DNA of 64,000 nt from contig CAMOJK010000001.1 in the NCBI GenBank assembly GCA_946616835.1, positions 8,894 to 72,893 of the forward strand, given 5' to 3'. The stretch comes from an uncultured Lachnospiraceae bacterium. Lineage in GTDB: Bacteria > Bacillota > Clostridia > Lachnospirales > Lachnospiraceae. Position numbers and translations under genes: made by a program. The notes under the pieces are model-generated. The model did not search any database, was not told the DNA's origin, and worked only from the letters and a program-made list of their open reading frames with translations. Positions 28,627 through 38,372 of this stretch are shown piece by piece (position 1 is the stretch's first letter; every line of letters begins with the position of its first letter).

Positions 28627-29997
28627 ATGATAATTTTGAAGAACACAGTGTTGATAGATCAAAAGCAAAATAAAGACAATAATAAGCTGATGCCCTTTAT
28701 TTGTGGGATTTTGTGTACGATGCCCATTGTAGCAATCCCTTTTCGTGGCGGGGTGGTTTCTCTTTTTTCTGTAGCATTTCTTTTGCAACTAGCGGTATTG
28801 TTTAAAGGTAATACAAGGCTTGTAGTGAAAGTGAATCGGGGAACGAGGCTACTTTTGTTTTGGTTAGGATTTGCATTGTTCTCTGTATTAGTCGGATGTG
28901 CATTGAGTATGGTATATAATGAATTAAGTGTTACATCAGCATATATATCGAAAATAATGCTGTATATTATATTCATTATATTGTGGGTGAGTTCTAAAAA
29001 TATGAAAGAGAATAATGAATCTCTCGCAAATGGTATTATTGTTGGCACAATTGTAAATTGTCTATGGGCAGCTTTGGATGCCTTCATTTGGTATTTAAAG
29101 GGGTTTTCTCTGAATAATACTTTATTTTCCTTCTATATTAAATATGGTGGTGTAAAACGAATTTCAATCCCAATGTCTACTGGACTATATAGGTCTGGGG
29201 GACTAAATCACGATCCAGCACATTTGGGTTTTATATGTCCTTTTCTTGTATATTATTCAATAAAAAAAAGGAATCTAACAGTTTTTTTAATTGCATTAGC
29301 TGGGATAGTCGGTAGTGCGTCAACAACAGGCGCGATTTGTTCATTAATTATTATTGTTGTTGAATTTTTCAAGTGGCTGAAACAAGCAAACATGAACTTT
29401 AAGATAGGATTAAGGCAAACACTTGGTTTATGTGGACTTTGTGTGTTATTAGTTATAGGAGTTGTCTATTTTCGAGATACGATTCAGAGTTCATTTGGAA
29501 AGGCAACGCAGTTGTTTTATTCAAGAGCGATGGAGACCTATTTTTCAAGTAATAGTACTGGTGGTCCTAGAATGGATTATTTGAGGTATTGCCCTAAGGC
29601 AATTATTAGACTGGGAATTTTTATTTTTTCTGGTCTCGGTTTTGGGACATCTGTTTTCGGATATATGTATAATAATGAAATTGCATCAAAAATAGGTTTT
29701 ACGCAAGCTGGATTATATGATGTTGAAAATACCTATATAGATTATTTATTGGATACAGGATTTATAGGTTTTATTTTGTTTTTTACATGTATTATTGGCG
29801 CATACAGATTCTATAGTATGCGGGATAAGAAAAAAGAAAGCAAACAAGTAGATATGATTTGTATGGCAGGAATTGTTGCAATGTTACTTTCATTTTTGTT
29901 TTATCACTACATAATTTTTGCACCACACATGTTATTGACTATTGTTGCAATTACGAATATGGATCAACAAAAGAGCGATATTAAAGGCAAAATATAG
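28627..29997 (+). CDS. O-antigen polymerase/ligase-like membrane protein (Wzy)
   Basis: Multi-TM; RSGGL..DPA, GLGFG, ENTYI..LLDTG..G. Confidence 0.75.
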   Translation: MIILKNTVLIDQKQNKDNNKLMPFICGILCTMPIVAIPFRGGVVSLFSVAFLLQLAVLFKGNTRLVVKVNRGTRLLLFWLGFALFSVLVGCALSMVYNELSVTSAYISKIMLYIIFIILWVSSKNMKENNESLANGIIVGTIVNCLWAALDAFIWYLKGFSLNNTLFSFYIKYGGVKRISIPMSTGLYRSGGLNHDPAHLGFICPFLVYYSIKKRNLTVFLIALAGIVGSASTTGAICSLIIIVVEFFKWLKQANMNFKIGLRQTLGLCGLCVLLVIGVVYFRDTIQSSFGKATQLFYSRAMETYFSSNSTGGPRMDYLRYCPKAIIRLGIFIFSGLGFGTSVFGYMYNNEIASKIGFTQAGLYDVENTYIDYLLDTGFIGFILFFTCIIGAYRFYSMRDKKKESKQVDMICMAGIVAMLLSFLFYHYIIFAPHMLLTIVAITNMDQQKSDIKGKI

Positions 29998-30041
29998 AAG
30001 TTTTGTACCGTGGCAGCAAATTAGCTGCGGGTCGAGGTTGT

Positions 30042-31499
30042 ATGTCTGACTCTTCTTTATCAAAAAGTGGTTTGTATTATCTCATATATAATGTGCTAAA
30101 TATTGCATTTCCTTTTATGACTGGTATATATGTATCTCATGTACTTTTACCAGAGAATATCGGCGAGGTGGCTGCGGCGCAAAATCTTGCTCAGTATTTC
30201 GTTATTTTGGCATATCTTGGCATTCCTACCTATGGTCTGAGAGAAATCAGCAAATTGCGGAACAATCATGTAGAAAGAAGTCGCATGTTTTCGGAATTGT
30301 ATATAATTAATCTGATATCTACCGTATCGTTTCTGTGTGTTTATTTAGTAATCATATTTTCTGTTCAATCCTATAAAAATGAGATTGCATTATACATTGT
30401 AACAGGACTCTCTATTGCTTTAAATGCTTTTAATATTAATTGGTTATTTGGCGGATTGGAGGAATTTAAGTTTATTTCCATCCGTAATCTGATTTTTAAG
30501 GGTGTAGCATTTATATTTTTGATTATATTTGTTAAGTCAGAAAATGACGTGATATTCTATGCTTTGGTAACAGTTGTTGGAACGGCAGGGAATTATATAG
30601 TTGATATGGTTTGCGCACCGAAATTTGTAACATTTACGTTAAAGGGACTTGTTTTTAAGAGACATTTAAAACCAATATTTTTTTTGGTTGTTGTGAATTT
30701 GGCTATCGAACTGTATTCACTTATAGATATCACAATGATGAACTTCATATGTAATAAAGATAGTATTGCATTTTATAAATATGGTCGTTCTATTGAAGCG
30801 ATACTTCTACAAGTTGTAAACACTTTTACTATAGTTTTAGTTCCTAGAATATCGTATTACTATAAAGAGAAGAGATTATCTGATTTTAACCTGCTTTTAT
30901 CAAAAGGACTTGAGTTAATTCTTCTTTGTGGATTACCTATGATTATTGGATTGTATTTCACAGCAGATTTTCTTCTTGTGAAATTATATGGAGAATTATA
31001 TATAGCATCTGCGGCGGTGTTAAAATTGCTTTCTTTGTTATTGCTTATATCTCCTATCGGATATTTGCTTGGGTCTCGCGTGATGCTAGTGACTGGTCTA
31101 GAGAAGCTTATGATGATACCTGTTGGAGTAGGTGCAATTGTAAATATAATAGGCAACTATTTGCTAATACCAAATTATAGCGAAATTGGGGCGGCTTTGG
31201 CCTCTGTTTTTAGTGAACTAGTGGTAATGGTAGTTTATATAATAATGAGTCGAAAGTATTTTAAATTAGTCGGAATTTTGAATGATTTATGGAAAATTTT
31301 GCTAGGTGGTACTGTAATAGGATTTTATCTTTTTGTTATTGGTAGAATGGATATCAATGAATGGATTTCTATAGGGATTAAGATAGCTGGATCAATATTG
31401 TTATATGGCTTCTTATTACTTGTAATGAAAGAAAAGGTCGTGACCGAATATTTTATAAATTTTACAGGAAGGCTAAAAAGGAATAAAGTGAATGAATAG
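30042..31499 (+). CDS. wzx: Flippase (Wzx)
   Basis: YNVLNIAFP...YVSHVL, LGIPTYGLREI, EEFKFISIR, LVPRISYY; ~12 TM. Confidence 0.9.
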   Translation: MSDSSLSKSGLYYLIYNVLNIAFPFMTGIYVSHVLLPENIGEVAAAQNLAQYFVILAYLGIPTYGLREISKLRNNHVERSRMFSELYIINLISTVSFLCVYLVIIFSVQSYKNEIALYIVTGLSIALNAFNINWLFGGLEEFKFISIRNLIFKGVAFIFLIIFVKSENDVIFYALVTVVGTAGNYIVDMVCAPKFVTFTLKGLVFKRHLKPIFFLVVVNLAIELYSLIDITMMNFICNKDSIAFYKYGRSIEAILLQVVNTFTIVLVPRISYYYKEKRLSDFNLLLSKGLELILLCGLPMIIGLYFTADFLLVKLYGELYIASAAVLKLLSLLLLISPIGYLLGSRVMLVTGLEKLMMIPVGVGAIVNIIGNYLLIPNYSEIGAALASVFSELVVMVVYIIMSRKYFKLVGILNDLWKILLGGTVIGFYLFVIGRMDINEWISIGIKIAGSILLYGFLLLVMKEKVVTEYFINFTGRLKRNKVNE

Positions 31500-32754
31500 A
31501 ATTATAGAAAAGTTAAAAGTTATTGTGTCAAATTTGGCTATGGCCATCAGATCCTTATTTTGGAAGAAAGATTCGTCTGTAGTACTTGTCGGGGCTTGGT
31601 TCGGGGATAAGTTTGCAGATAATAGCCGTTATTTGTATCAGTATCTGTCGGAAAATAAATCTGCTTTAGGTCTAACTCATGTGGTGTGGGTTACAGCAAA
31701 TGAGAAAGTATGTAATCAACTTAATGAGATGGGGTATGAGTCATATCTGTTTGGAACCAAGGAATCCATTAGATATCATAAAATAGCTAAGTATCATATG
31801 ATTTGCACTAATGAAGCTAGCATGACATTACGTTATGCGGATGGAAGTTCAAGAATACTATTAGGTGACATAGAGGGGCAGTATTCATGGCGAGCAAAGA
31901 AGATAAATGTATGGCATGGGCTTATTGGCGCAAAAGGCGCAGGAGCTAAAACTCCTGAATATAGAGAAGCAACGAGCAAACATCCTGTAATGATACGGCT
32001 GAAGGAATTGTTTCGAACCAAATCTCAATTGTATCGTAAATTTTTCAACAGACCTGGCGGTTGGGGGGACTGCTATTATTTGTCCACAACTCCTTATAGG
32101 ACAGACCTTTTGAGAGGGTTGTTTCTATTGCCAAAATCTAGGTTAATTGAAACTGGTTTTCCAAGGGTAACTGGGGTAATACGATATCTTCCTGTAGAAA
32201 AGCAAATGCTTAATATTATTAAGCAATATAAATATTCGATTATATATGTGCCAACCTTTAGGTCAATGGCGAGTAAAGATTTTGATTTCAATAAGGCTTC
32301 GACTGAGTTAAAGTCTTACTTGGAAAAAAATAATATTTTGTGGATCCAAAAAGGGCATAGCGCTAGTAATGTTAATTGCAGTGAACCTCATATAGATGGA
32401 AATATTATAAATTTACCAGCAGAGTTTGATATTAACACCATCATACCGATGATGACTCTTATGATAACAGATTACTCGTCAGTTGCAGGAGATGCTATAT
32501 ACTATTATAAACCGATTATATATTACGTGCCAGATTATGATGAATATTTAAAGAAAGATGTGGGATTTCAACGTGATCCTAATGAGATTATGTGCGGACC
32601 TAAGGTAAAATCGATTTTTGATTTAGAAAAGTGTATTGAAAGTTTGCTGTTTGACACATATCATCCGGATGAAAAATATATGTCGGTCAGAAAATTATAC
32701 TATAACGATAAAAACTCAATAGATATTATATGGCAAGATATAAAGAATGCGTAA
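31492..32754 (+). CDS. CDP-glycerol:glycerophosphate transferase family (TagB/TagF-like)
   Basis: FADNSRYLY, NVWHG, TGFPR, YVPTFR, ITDYSSV..D. Confidence 0.9.
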   Translation: MNRIIEKLKVIVSNLAMAIRSLFWKKDSSVVLVGAWFGDKFADNSRYLYQYLSENKSALGLTHVVWVTANEKVCNQLNEMGYESYLFGTKESIRYHKIAKYHMICTNEASMTLRYADGSSRILLGDIEGQYSWRAKKINVWHGLIGAKGAGAKTPEYREATSKHPVMIRLKELFRTKSQLYRKFFNRPGGWGDCYYLSTTPYRTDLLRGLFLLPKSRLIETGFPRVTGVIRYLPVEKQMLNIIKQYKYSIIYVPTFRSMASKDFDFNKASTELKSYLEKNNILWIQKGHSASNVNCSEPHIDGNIINLPAEFDINTIIPMMTLMITDYSSVAGDAIYYYKPIIYYVPDYDEYLKKDVGFQRDPNEIMCGPKVKSIFDLEKCIESLLFDTYHPDEKYMSVRKLYYNDKNSIDIIWQDIKNA

Positions 32755-32849
32755 ACTGTTTTCAGTAAAGGTTACAGTAATCATCAATATCTTTTTTATA
32801 ATTTATAAGATAACGGAACAAAGAGTACATCTCTAATGAAAGGTTGTTT

Positions 32850-34190
32850 ATGATAAAGATAATAACATATGGAACATTTGATTTGCTTCATTATGGACAT
32901 ATAAGGTTACTGGAGAGGGCGAAGTCGTTAGGTGATTATTTGATTGTTGGAGTGACATCTGATGACTATGATAAAACAAGAGGCAAATTGAATGTTCAAC
33001 AAAGCCTTAACGAGCGATTGGAGGCTGTAAAAAAACTGCGAATCGCAGATGAGGTGATTGTAGAAGAGTACGAAGGGCAAAAAATTGATGATATATTAAA
33101 GTATGAAGTTGATATATTCACAGTAGGCTCAGATTGGAGAGGCTTGTTTGATTATTTGAATGAGTATTGTAAGGTGGTTTATTTGGAGCGGACAGAAGGT
33201 GTTTCTAGTTCTGATATCAGGACACAAAACAATCATGTGAATTTTGGAATTGTCGGTGAGTCTCTCGCTCTTGATAAATTTGATAGAGAATGTGAGTTTG
33301 TAAATGGAGCTAATGTTACTGCGATATTCTCTAAATACCCATCATTTTTACCGTATTCTCTTAAATTAGATAAACATATTTTAGATTCATATGATGATCT
33401 ACTCGAAGAAGTAGATGCAGTTTATATATCATCGTGCCCATCATCACACTATGAATATGTGAAAAAAGCGCTGATGAAAGGAAAACATGTTTTGTGCGAA
33501 AGTCCTATTACAATTAACGCAGAACAAACTAAAGAACTATATCATTATGCTGGTGCTAATGATTTGATTTTGTTTGAAGGAAACAAGACAGCTTATTGTA
33601 CAGCTTATTCAAGATTGCTCTTGCTTCTAAAATCCGGAAAGATAGGTGATATATATTCTGTTGATACAACATGTACTAGCTTGAACGAGGCATATTATAA
33701 TAAGGGAATAAGCAACTTCGAACGATGGAATAGCATTGAGTCATGGGGGGCTAAATGTTTGCTTCCTATTTTTCAAATTTTAGGATGTGATTATAAGGAA
33801 AAGTTTATCTACTCTAATATTACGGATGAAGAAAGGCTATTTGATTCATTTACCAAGATAGATTTTCATTATTCTCATGCAGTTGCTTCTATGAAGGTAG
33901 GTAAAGGTGTGAAATCTGAGGGCGAAATGATTGTTTCTGGAACAAATGGATATCTGTTTGTACCTGCACCGTGGTGGAAAACGGATTATTTTGAAATTAG
34001 GTATGAAAATTCCGTTGATAATCGTAGATATTTTTATCAATTAGAGGGGGAGGGAATTAGATATGAAATAGTCAAGTTTATAAAATCTATAGAGAGTGGA
34101 AGAAAATTTGATTCTGTGAGTCAGGATATTTCGGTTGCTATTTCTAAAATAATGGAAGAGTTTTATGCTCGGAAGTATATTAGTATATAA
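32850..34190 (+). CDS. TagD-like cytidylyltransferase fused to Gfo/Idh/MocA oxidoreductase
   Basis: ITYGTFDLLHYGH, GSDW, RTEGVSSS; then VDAVYI, H...ALMKGKHVLCESP. Confidence 0.88.
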   Translation: MIKIITYGTFDLLHYGHIRLLERAKSLGDYLIVGVTSDDYDKTRGKLNVQQSLNERLEAVKKLRIADEVIVEEYEGQKIDDILKYEVDIFTVGSDWRGLFDYLNEYCKVVYLERTEGVSSSDIRTQNNHVNFGIVGESLALDKFDRECEFVNGANVTAIFSKYPSFLPYSLKLDKHILDSYDDLLEEVDAVYISSCPSSHYEYVKKALMKGKHVLCESPITINAEQTKELYHYAGANDLILFEGNKTAYCTAYSRLLLLLKSGKIGDIYSVDTTCTSLNEAYYNKGISNFERWNSIESWGAKCLLPIFQILGCDYKEKFIYSNITDEERLFDSFTKIDFHYSHAVASMKVGKGVKSEGEMIVSGTNGYLFVPAPWWKTDYFEIRYENSVDNRRYFYQLEGEGIRYEIVKFIKSIESGRKFDSVSQDISVAISKIMEEFYARKYISI

Positions 34191-34205
34191 TATGAGGATG
34201 AGGCT

Positions 34206-35954
34206 ATGAATGTATCAGAATATATAGTTAAATACTTAAAAGACTATGGAATAGAGCATTTTTTTGGGTATCAAGGTACTATGATTGCGTATTTCGTTGA
34301 TGCTATAGGTAGAGAAGAAAATGTGTTTAATCATGTCTGTTACAATGAGCAGGGTGCTTCGCTTGCGGCCTGTGGATATTCTAAATCGACCGGCCAGCCT
34401 TCAGTCGCATATTCGACAAGTGGACCTGGAGCCATTAATCTTATACAGGGAATAGCAGATGCATATTATGATTCTGTACCGATTCTATTTTTTACGGGGC
34501 AATTGAATCTATCCGAATATACATCAAATAGTAATATCCGACAGCAAGGATTTCAGGAAACAGATATAGTTGGTATAACAAAACCTATCACGAAGTGGGC
34601 TGTTCAAGTAAAAAAGGCCGAGGATATTATAGAAATTTTGCCCAAAGCGATTGACATCATAATGGAAGGTAGAAGAGGTCCGGTGTTAATTGATCTTCCG
34701 ATGGATATACAAAAAAAGAGTCTTGATATTGATATCAAGACAACGAAAATTCAGTCTTCAGTGTGTGTTACAAAACAGAGCGAGGTTGCTAAGGTTTGTG
34801 ATTTAGTTATTGATAGAATAAAACAATCTAAACATCCTGTGCTGGTACTCGGAAACGGCGTAAACATTGATGATAGAACTAGGAACAACGCCAAGATATT
34901 GGTAGAAAAGTTTAGAATTCCTACAATTACTACAATGATTTCAATGGACCTGATAGATATATCGAGTGCTTATCGATATGGCTTTTTGGGGTACGCTTAT
35001 GGTCAAAGGTATGCGAATTATATTTTGAATTTAAAGGCAGATTTGATAGTATCCATTGGCGCAAAGTTATGTGCACGACAGATAGGCTTGGACAGAAAGG
35101 GATTTGCCCCAAAAGCTCAGATAATTAGGATCGATATAGACGAAGGTGAGTTGGGCCAAAAAGTTCACAATGACGATGTAAATATATGTCTTGACGGTAA
35201 CATGGTTATTGAAGAACTTATAAATCGAAATAGTAGCTTTGATTTTACTGTATGGAATAATACATGTAAAGAAATAAAAACGCATCTCTTTAATGTGGAT
35301 GCAGGTAAGGCTTATCGGGAACCAAATGAAGCTATAGATTTGATTAGCGATCTTATTCCAGATAATTCTACCATATCATGTGATGTTGGACAGCATCAGA
35401 TTTGGGTGGCTCAGTCTTTTAATGTCAAGCAAAATCAAAGAATTCTTTTTTCGGGTGGTCATGGAGCAATGGGGTTTGCGTTGCCGGCAGCTATAGGAAC
35501 TTCATTTGATGATAGATACTATCATTATTGTTTTGTAGGTGATGGATCACTGCAAATGAATATCCAGGAATTGCAGTGGGTTGTTTGTGAAGGAATACCA
35601 CTTAAGATATTTGTATTGAATAATAGTTCGCTTGGCTTGATTAGACAGCAGCAGGAGGGATTATTTAATCATAGGTATTTTGGAGCAACAAATAAATATG
35701 GGTATAAGACACCTAATTTTGTTAAAGTGGCTAAAGCATATGGTATTAAGAGTGTAGCATTGAACATATCTGAGCGTATGAGTTGGAATATTGATTTTTT
35801 AAAATCAATAATATGTGATAATGATGCATGGCTTATTGAACTGATTATGAACGACAAAACATATGCGTATCCAAAGACGCGATTTGGTGAGACTATGCAT
35901 AATCAATATCCATATATTGAGGAAAGTGTTCTTATAAAATTGTCTGAACTGTAA
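34206..35954 (+). CDS. Thiamine-diphosphate-dependent enzyme (acetolactate synthase-like)
   Basis: NEQGA, TSGPGAIN, RQQGFQE, DVGQHQIW, GAMGFALP, GDGS...NN TPP motif. Confidence 0.9.
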   Translation: MNVSEYIVKYLKDYGIEHFFGYQGTMIAYFVDAIGREENVFNHVCYNEQGASLAACGYSKSTGQPSVAYSTSGPGAINLIQGIADAYYDSVPILFFTGQLNLSEYTSNSNIRQQGFQETDIVGITKPITKWAVQVKKAEDIIEILPKAIDIIMEGRRGPVLIDLPMDIQKKSLDIDIKTTKIQSSVCVTKQSEVAKVCDLVIDRIKQSKHPVLVLGNGVNIDDRTRNNAKILVEKFRIPTITTMISMDLIDISSAYRYGFLGYAYGQRYANYILNLKADLIVSIGAKLCARQIGLDRKGFAPKAQIIRIDIDEGELGQKVHNDDVNICLDGNMVIEELINRNSSFDFTVWNNTCKEIKTHLFNVDAGKAYREPNEAIDLISDLIPDNSTISCDVGQHQIWVAQSFNVKQNQRILFSGGHGAMGFALPAAIGTSFDDRYYHYCFVGDGSLQMNIQELQWVVCEGIPLKIFVLNNSSLGLIRQQQEGLFNHRYFGATNKYGYKTPNFVKVAKAYGIKSVALNISERMSWNIDFLKSIICDNDAWLIELIMNDKTYAYPKTRFGETMHNQYPYIEESVLIKLSEL

Positions 35955-35982
35955 GAATGGTAAAAATAGGAGAGTTGTGTTG

Positions 35983-37113
35983 ATGAACAAAGTGGGTATT
36001 GTAAGCTATAATTTACACTATAATTATTCAAATTATGGTTCTATCTTACAGACATATGCACTTCAAGAAGCAATAAAGACTAGTTTAAATCTTGAACCTG
36101 TCATTATTGATTATTGTCCAGATTTATTCAGGAATAGTGAACCTTCAAATCCATTGGCTATAATTAAAGATAAGGACTCGGATTTATATAGAGCCTGTGA
36201 ATTCTTGGCTGAGGATATAAGAGAAAATGAAAGAAAAATAAGAAAATTTATTAGAGAGTATTACCACTATACAAGTGTGACATACTATGGCGAAAACTTT
36301 AATAATACATTGAATGATGAAAATTTGAGTGGTTATGTATGTGGCAGTGATGCAATATGGAGCTATGAATATTTTAAGACTTTTGATGATGCATTTTATG
36401 GTAATCATGAATGTATGAAGCAGACATATACAGTTTCATATGCTGCAAGTTTTGGTGAAACCATTTTCACGGATGATCAAAGGATGATAATGCTTGAATT
36501 GATGAAGAACTATAAGGCGATTGGTATTAGAGAGTCTACAGAGTTATTAAATATTTCAAATCATGTTAATGTTTCTGTAAAAAGGGTGTTGGATCCTACG
36601 CTCTTATTGAGTGTTGAAGATTATAAAAGAATCATGTCGGTGAGATTGATAGGCACACCATATTTGCTGATTTACTCGAGGCGATATGATGAGAATTTAT
36701 ATAAGATGGCGGAGATTATATCAAGAGAAAGAAACTTACAGATAGTAGAAATTAGTTTAGATATTAGACATTCTATGAAACATATATTAATGTATTCTGC
36801 GGGTGTGGAGGAATTTCTATCACTTATCTATAATGCTGATTATGTGATTACGAATTCCTTACATGGAACTATCTTCTCTATTTTGATGAATAAAAATTTT
36901 TATGTTTTTTCTAGAATACATGGTGATATTAAGATTGATGAATTGCTTACCCTTCTAGGCCTTTCTGACAGAAAAATAAATGGTTGTGTTAGCGAAGATG
37001 AGATTACGGATATAGATTATGACATAGTCAATAAAGTGTTAATAAAAGAGAGAACATTATCAAGAGATTTTCTCGTTGATTCATTAATATCATTATCATA
37101 TAATTTTGAATAG
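35983..37113 (+). CDS. Polysaccharide pyruvyl transferase family protein
   Basis: NYGSILQTYAL, CGSDAIW, SYAASFG, IGIRE, VLDPTLLL, ITNSLHG. Confidence 0.9.
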   Translation: MNKVGIVSYNLHYNYSNYGSILQTYALQEAIKTSLNLEPVIIDYCPDLFRNSEPSNPLAIIKDKDSDLYRACEFLAEDIRENERKIRKFIREYYHYTSVTYYGENFNNTLNDENLSGYVCGSDAIWSYEYFKTFDDAFYGNHECMKQTYTVSYAASFGETIFTDDQRMIMLELMKNYKAIGIRESTELLNISNHVNVSVKRVLDPTLLLSVEDYKRIMSVRLIGTPYLLIYSRRYDENLYKMAEIISRERNLQIVEISLDIRHSMKHILMYSAGVEEFLSLIYNADYVITNSLHGTIFSILMNKNFYVFSRIHGDIKIDELLTLLGLSDRKINGCVSEDEITDIDYDIVNKVLIKERTLSRDFLVDSLISLSYNFE

Positions 37114-37147
37114 AAGTATCTAATTAAGAAAATGATTTATTGGAGTA

Positions 37148-38353
37148 TTGTATATGCATGGATATCTATCGAATGGCAGTAAAAGTGAATGTGTAGCTTG
37201 TGGTGGCTGTGCACAGAACTGTCCGTGTTCAGCCATTTCTATGACAATTGATGAATATGGATTTGTTTATCCTAGAGTTGATAAGGACAAATGTATTTCA
37301 TGTAATAAATGCATAAATGTATGTATGTTTGAAGGACAAATACAAAAACAGTACGAACCATTATTTTCATATGGTGGATATTGTATTGACAAAGGTATAA
37401 GAGAAAAATCAACATCTGGCGGTGCCTTTTCAGCTATTTGTAAAGCATATGCAATGAAAAGGGATTGTGTGTTTTTTGGAAGTACGTCGGATCGGTTGAA
37501 AATATATCATACATATGTTGAGAATATAAATAATATAAATATTTTTAATTCATCTAAATATGGTCAGAGTGAGATTGGCGAATCATATAAACAAGTAAAA
37601 GTTTTTTTGGATAAAAAAAAATATGTTGTTTTTTCAGGAACGCCATGTCAGATAGCTGGATTAATAAAATTCTTAGGCAAAACAGATACAAGTAGGTTAC
37701 TCACTGTAGAAGTCCTTTGTACGGGGATTCCATCAGCATTATTTATGAAAAAGTATGAAGAGTGGTGCAATATAAAATATGGATCGAGTATAAAATCTTT
37801 TAATTATAGATTTACAAATAAGAACAAATGGGATGATCAACCAACATTGGTAGAATTAGAAACTGGAAAGAGGATTATTACTGCAAGATGGTTTAGTAAC
37901 TTTTATTCTATTTTTCTTCAAAGATTGATGTCAAGGCCATCATGCAATAAATGTCAATTTGTTACCAAGAAAAGAACAGCGGATATTACACTTTCTGATT
38001 TGTGGGGGTTAGATAAGGAATACCCCGATTTATATGATGATGGATCAGGAAGCTCATGGATTATATGCAATAGCGAGAAAGGAATTGAAACTTTTGAAAA
38101 AGCAAGAAATTATATGATTGGTCATGAGGTTGAATATGATAGAATGAGGAAATATCAGAGACCAGGTCTTATAGAAAAGACGGTACATCCTTCATATGAT
38201 ATATTTATGGAGGATTTAAAAAACATGAATTACCCAGAATTATGTAAAAAGTGGGCAAAAAAACCCACTCTGAAATTATTGTTCCAGAAGTATGTTTATA
38301 ATAATAGAATGAGAGTTAGAATCTGGAAATTGAAACAATATATTAAGCATTGA
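37148..38353 (+). CDS. Coenzyme F420 hydrogenase/dehydrogenase beta-subunit (FrhB)-like protein with 2x[4Fe-4S] domain
   Basis: CVACGGCAQNCP, CISCNKCINVC, STSGG, SKYGQS, FSGTPCQ, RPSCNKC, ADITLSDLWG. Confidence 0.88.
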   Translation: MYMHGYLSNGSKSECVACGGCAQNCPCSAISMTIDEYGFVYPRVDKDKCISCNKCINVCMFEGQIQKQYEPLFSYGGYCIDKGIREKSTSGGAFSAICKAYAMKRDCVFFGSTSDRLKIYHTYVENINNINIFNSSKYGQSEIGESYKQVKVFLDKKKYVVFSGTPCQIAGLIKFLGKTDTSRLLTVEVLCTGIPSALFMKKYEEWCNIKYGSSIKSFNYRFTNKNKWDDQPTLVELETGKRIITARWFSNFYSIFLQRLMSRPSCNKCQFVTKKRTADITLSDLWGLDKEYPDLYDDGSGSSWIICNSEKGIETFEKARNYMIGHEVEYDRMRKYQRPGLIEKTVHPSYDIFMEDLKNMNYPELCKKWAKKPTLKLLFQKYVYNNRMRVRIWKLKQYIKH

Positions 38354-38372
38354 TTTGCCTGGGTAAAAGCTG

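Noticed and set aside
34206-35954. ilvB for branched-chain amino-acid synthesis
   Set aside because: No ilvN/C/D nearby and embedded among glycan genes, so no gene symbol assigned
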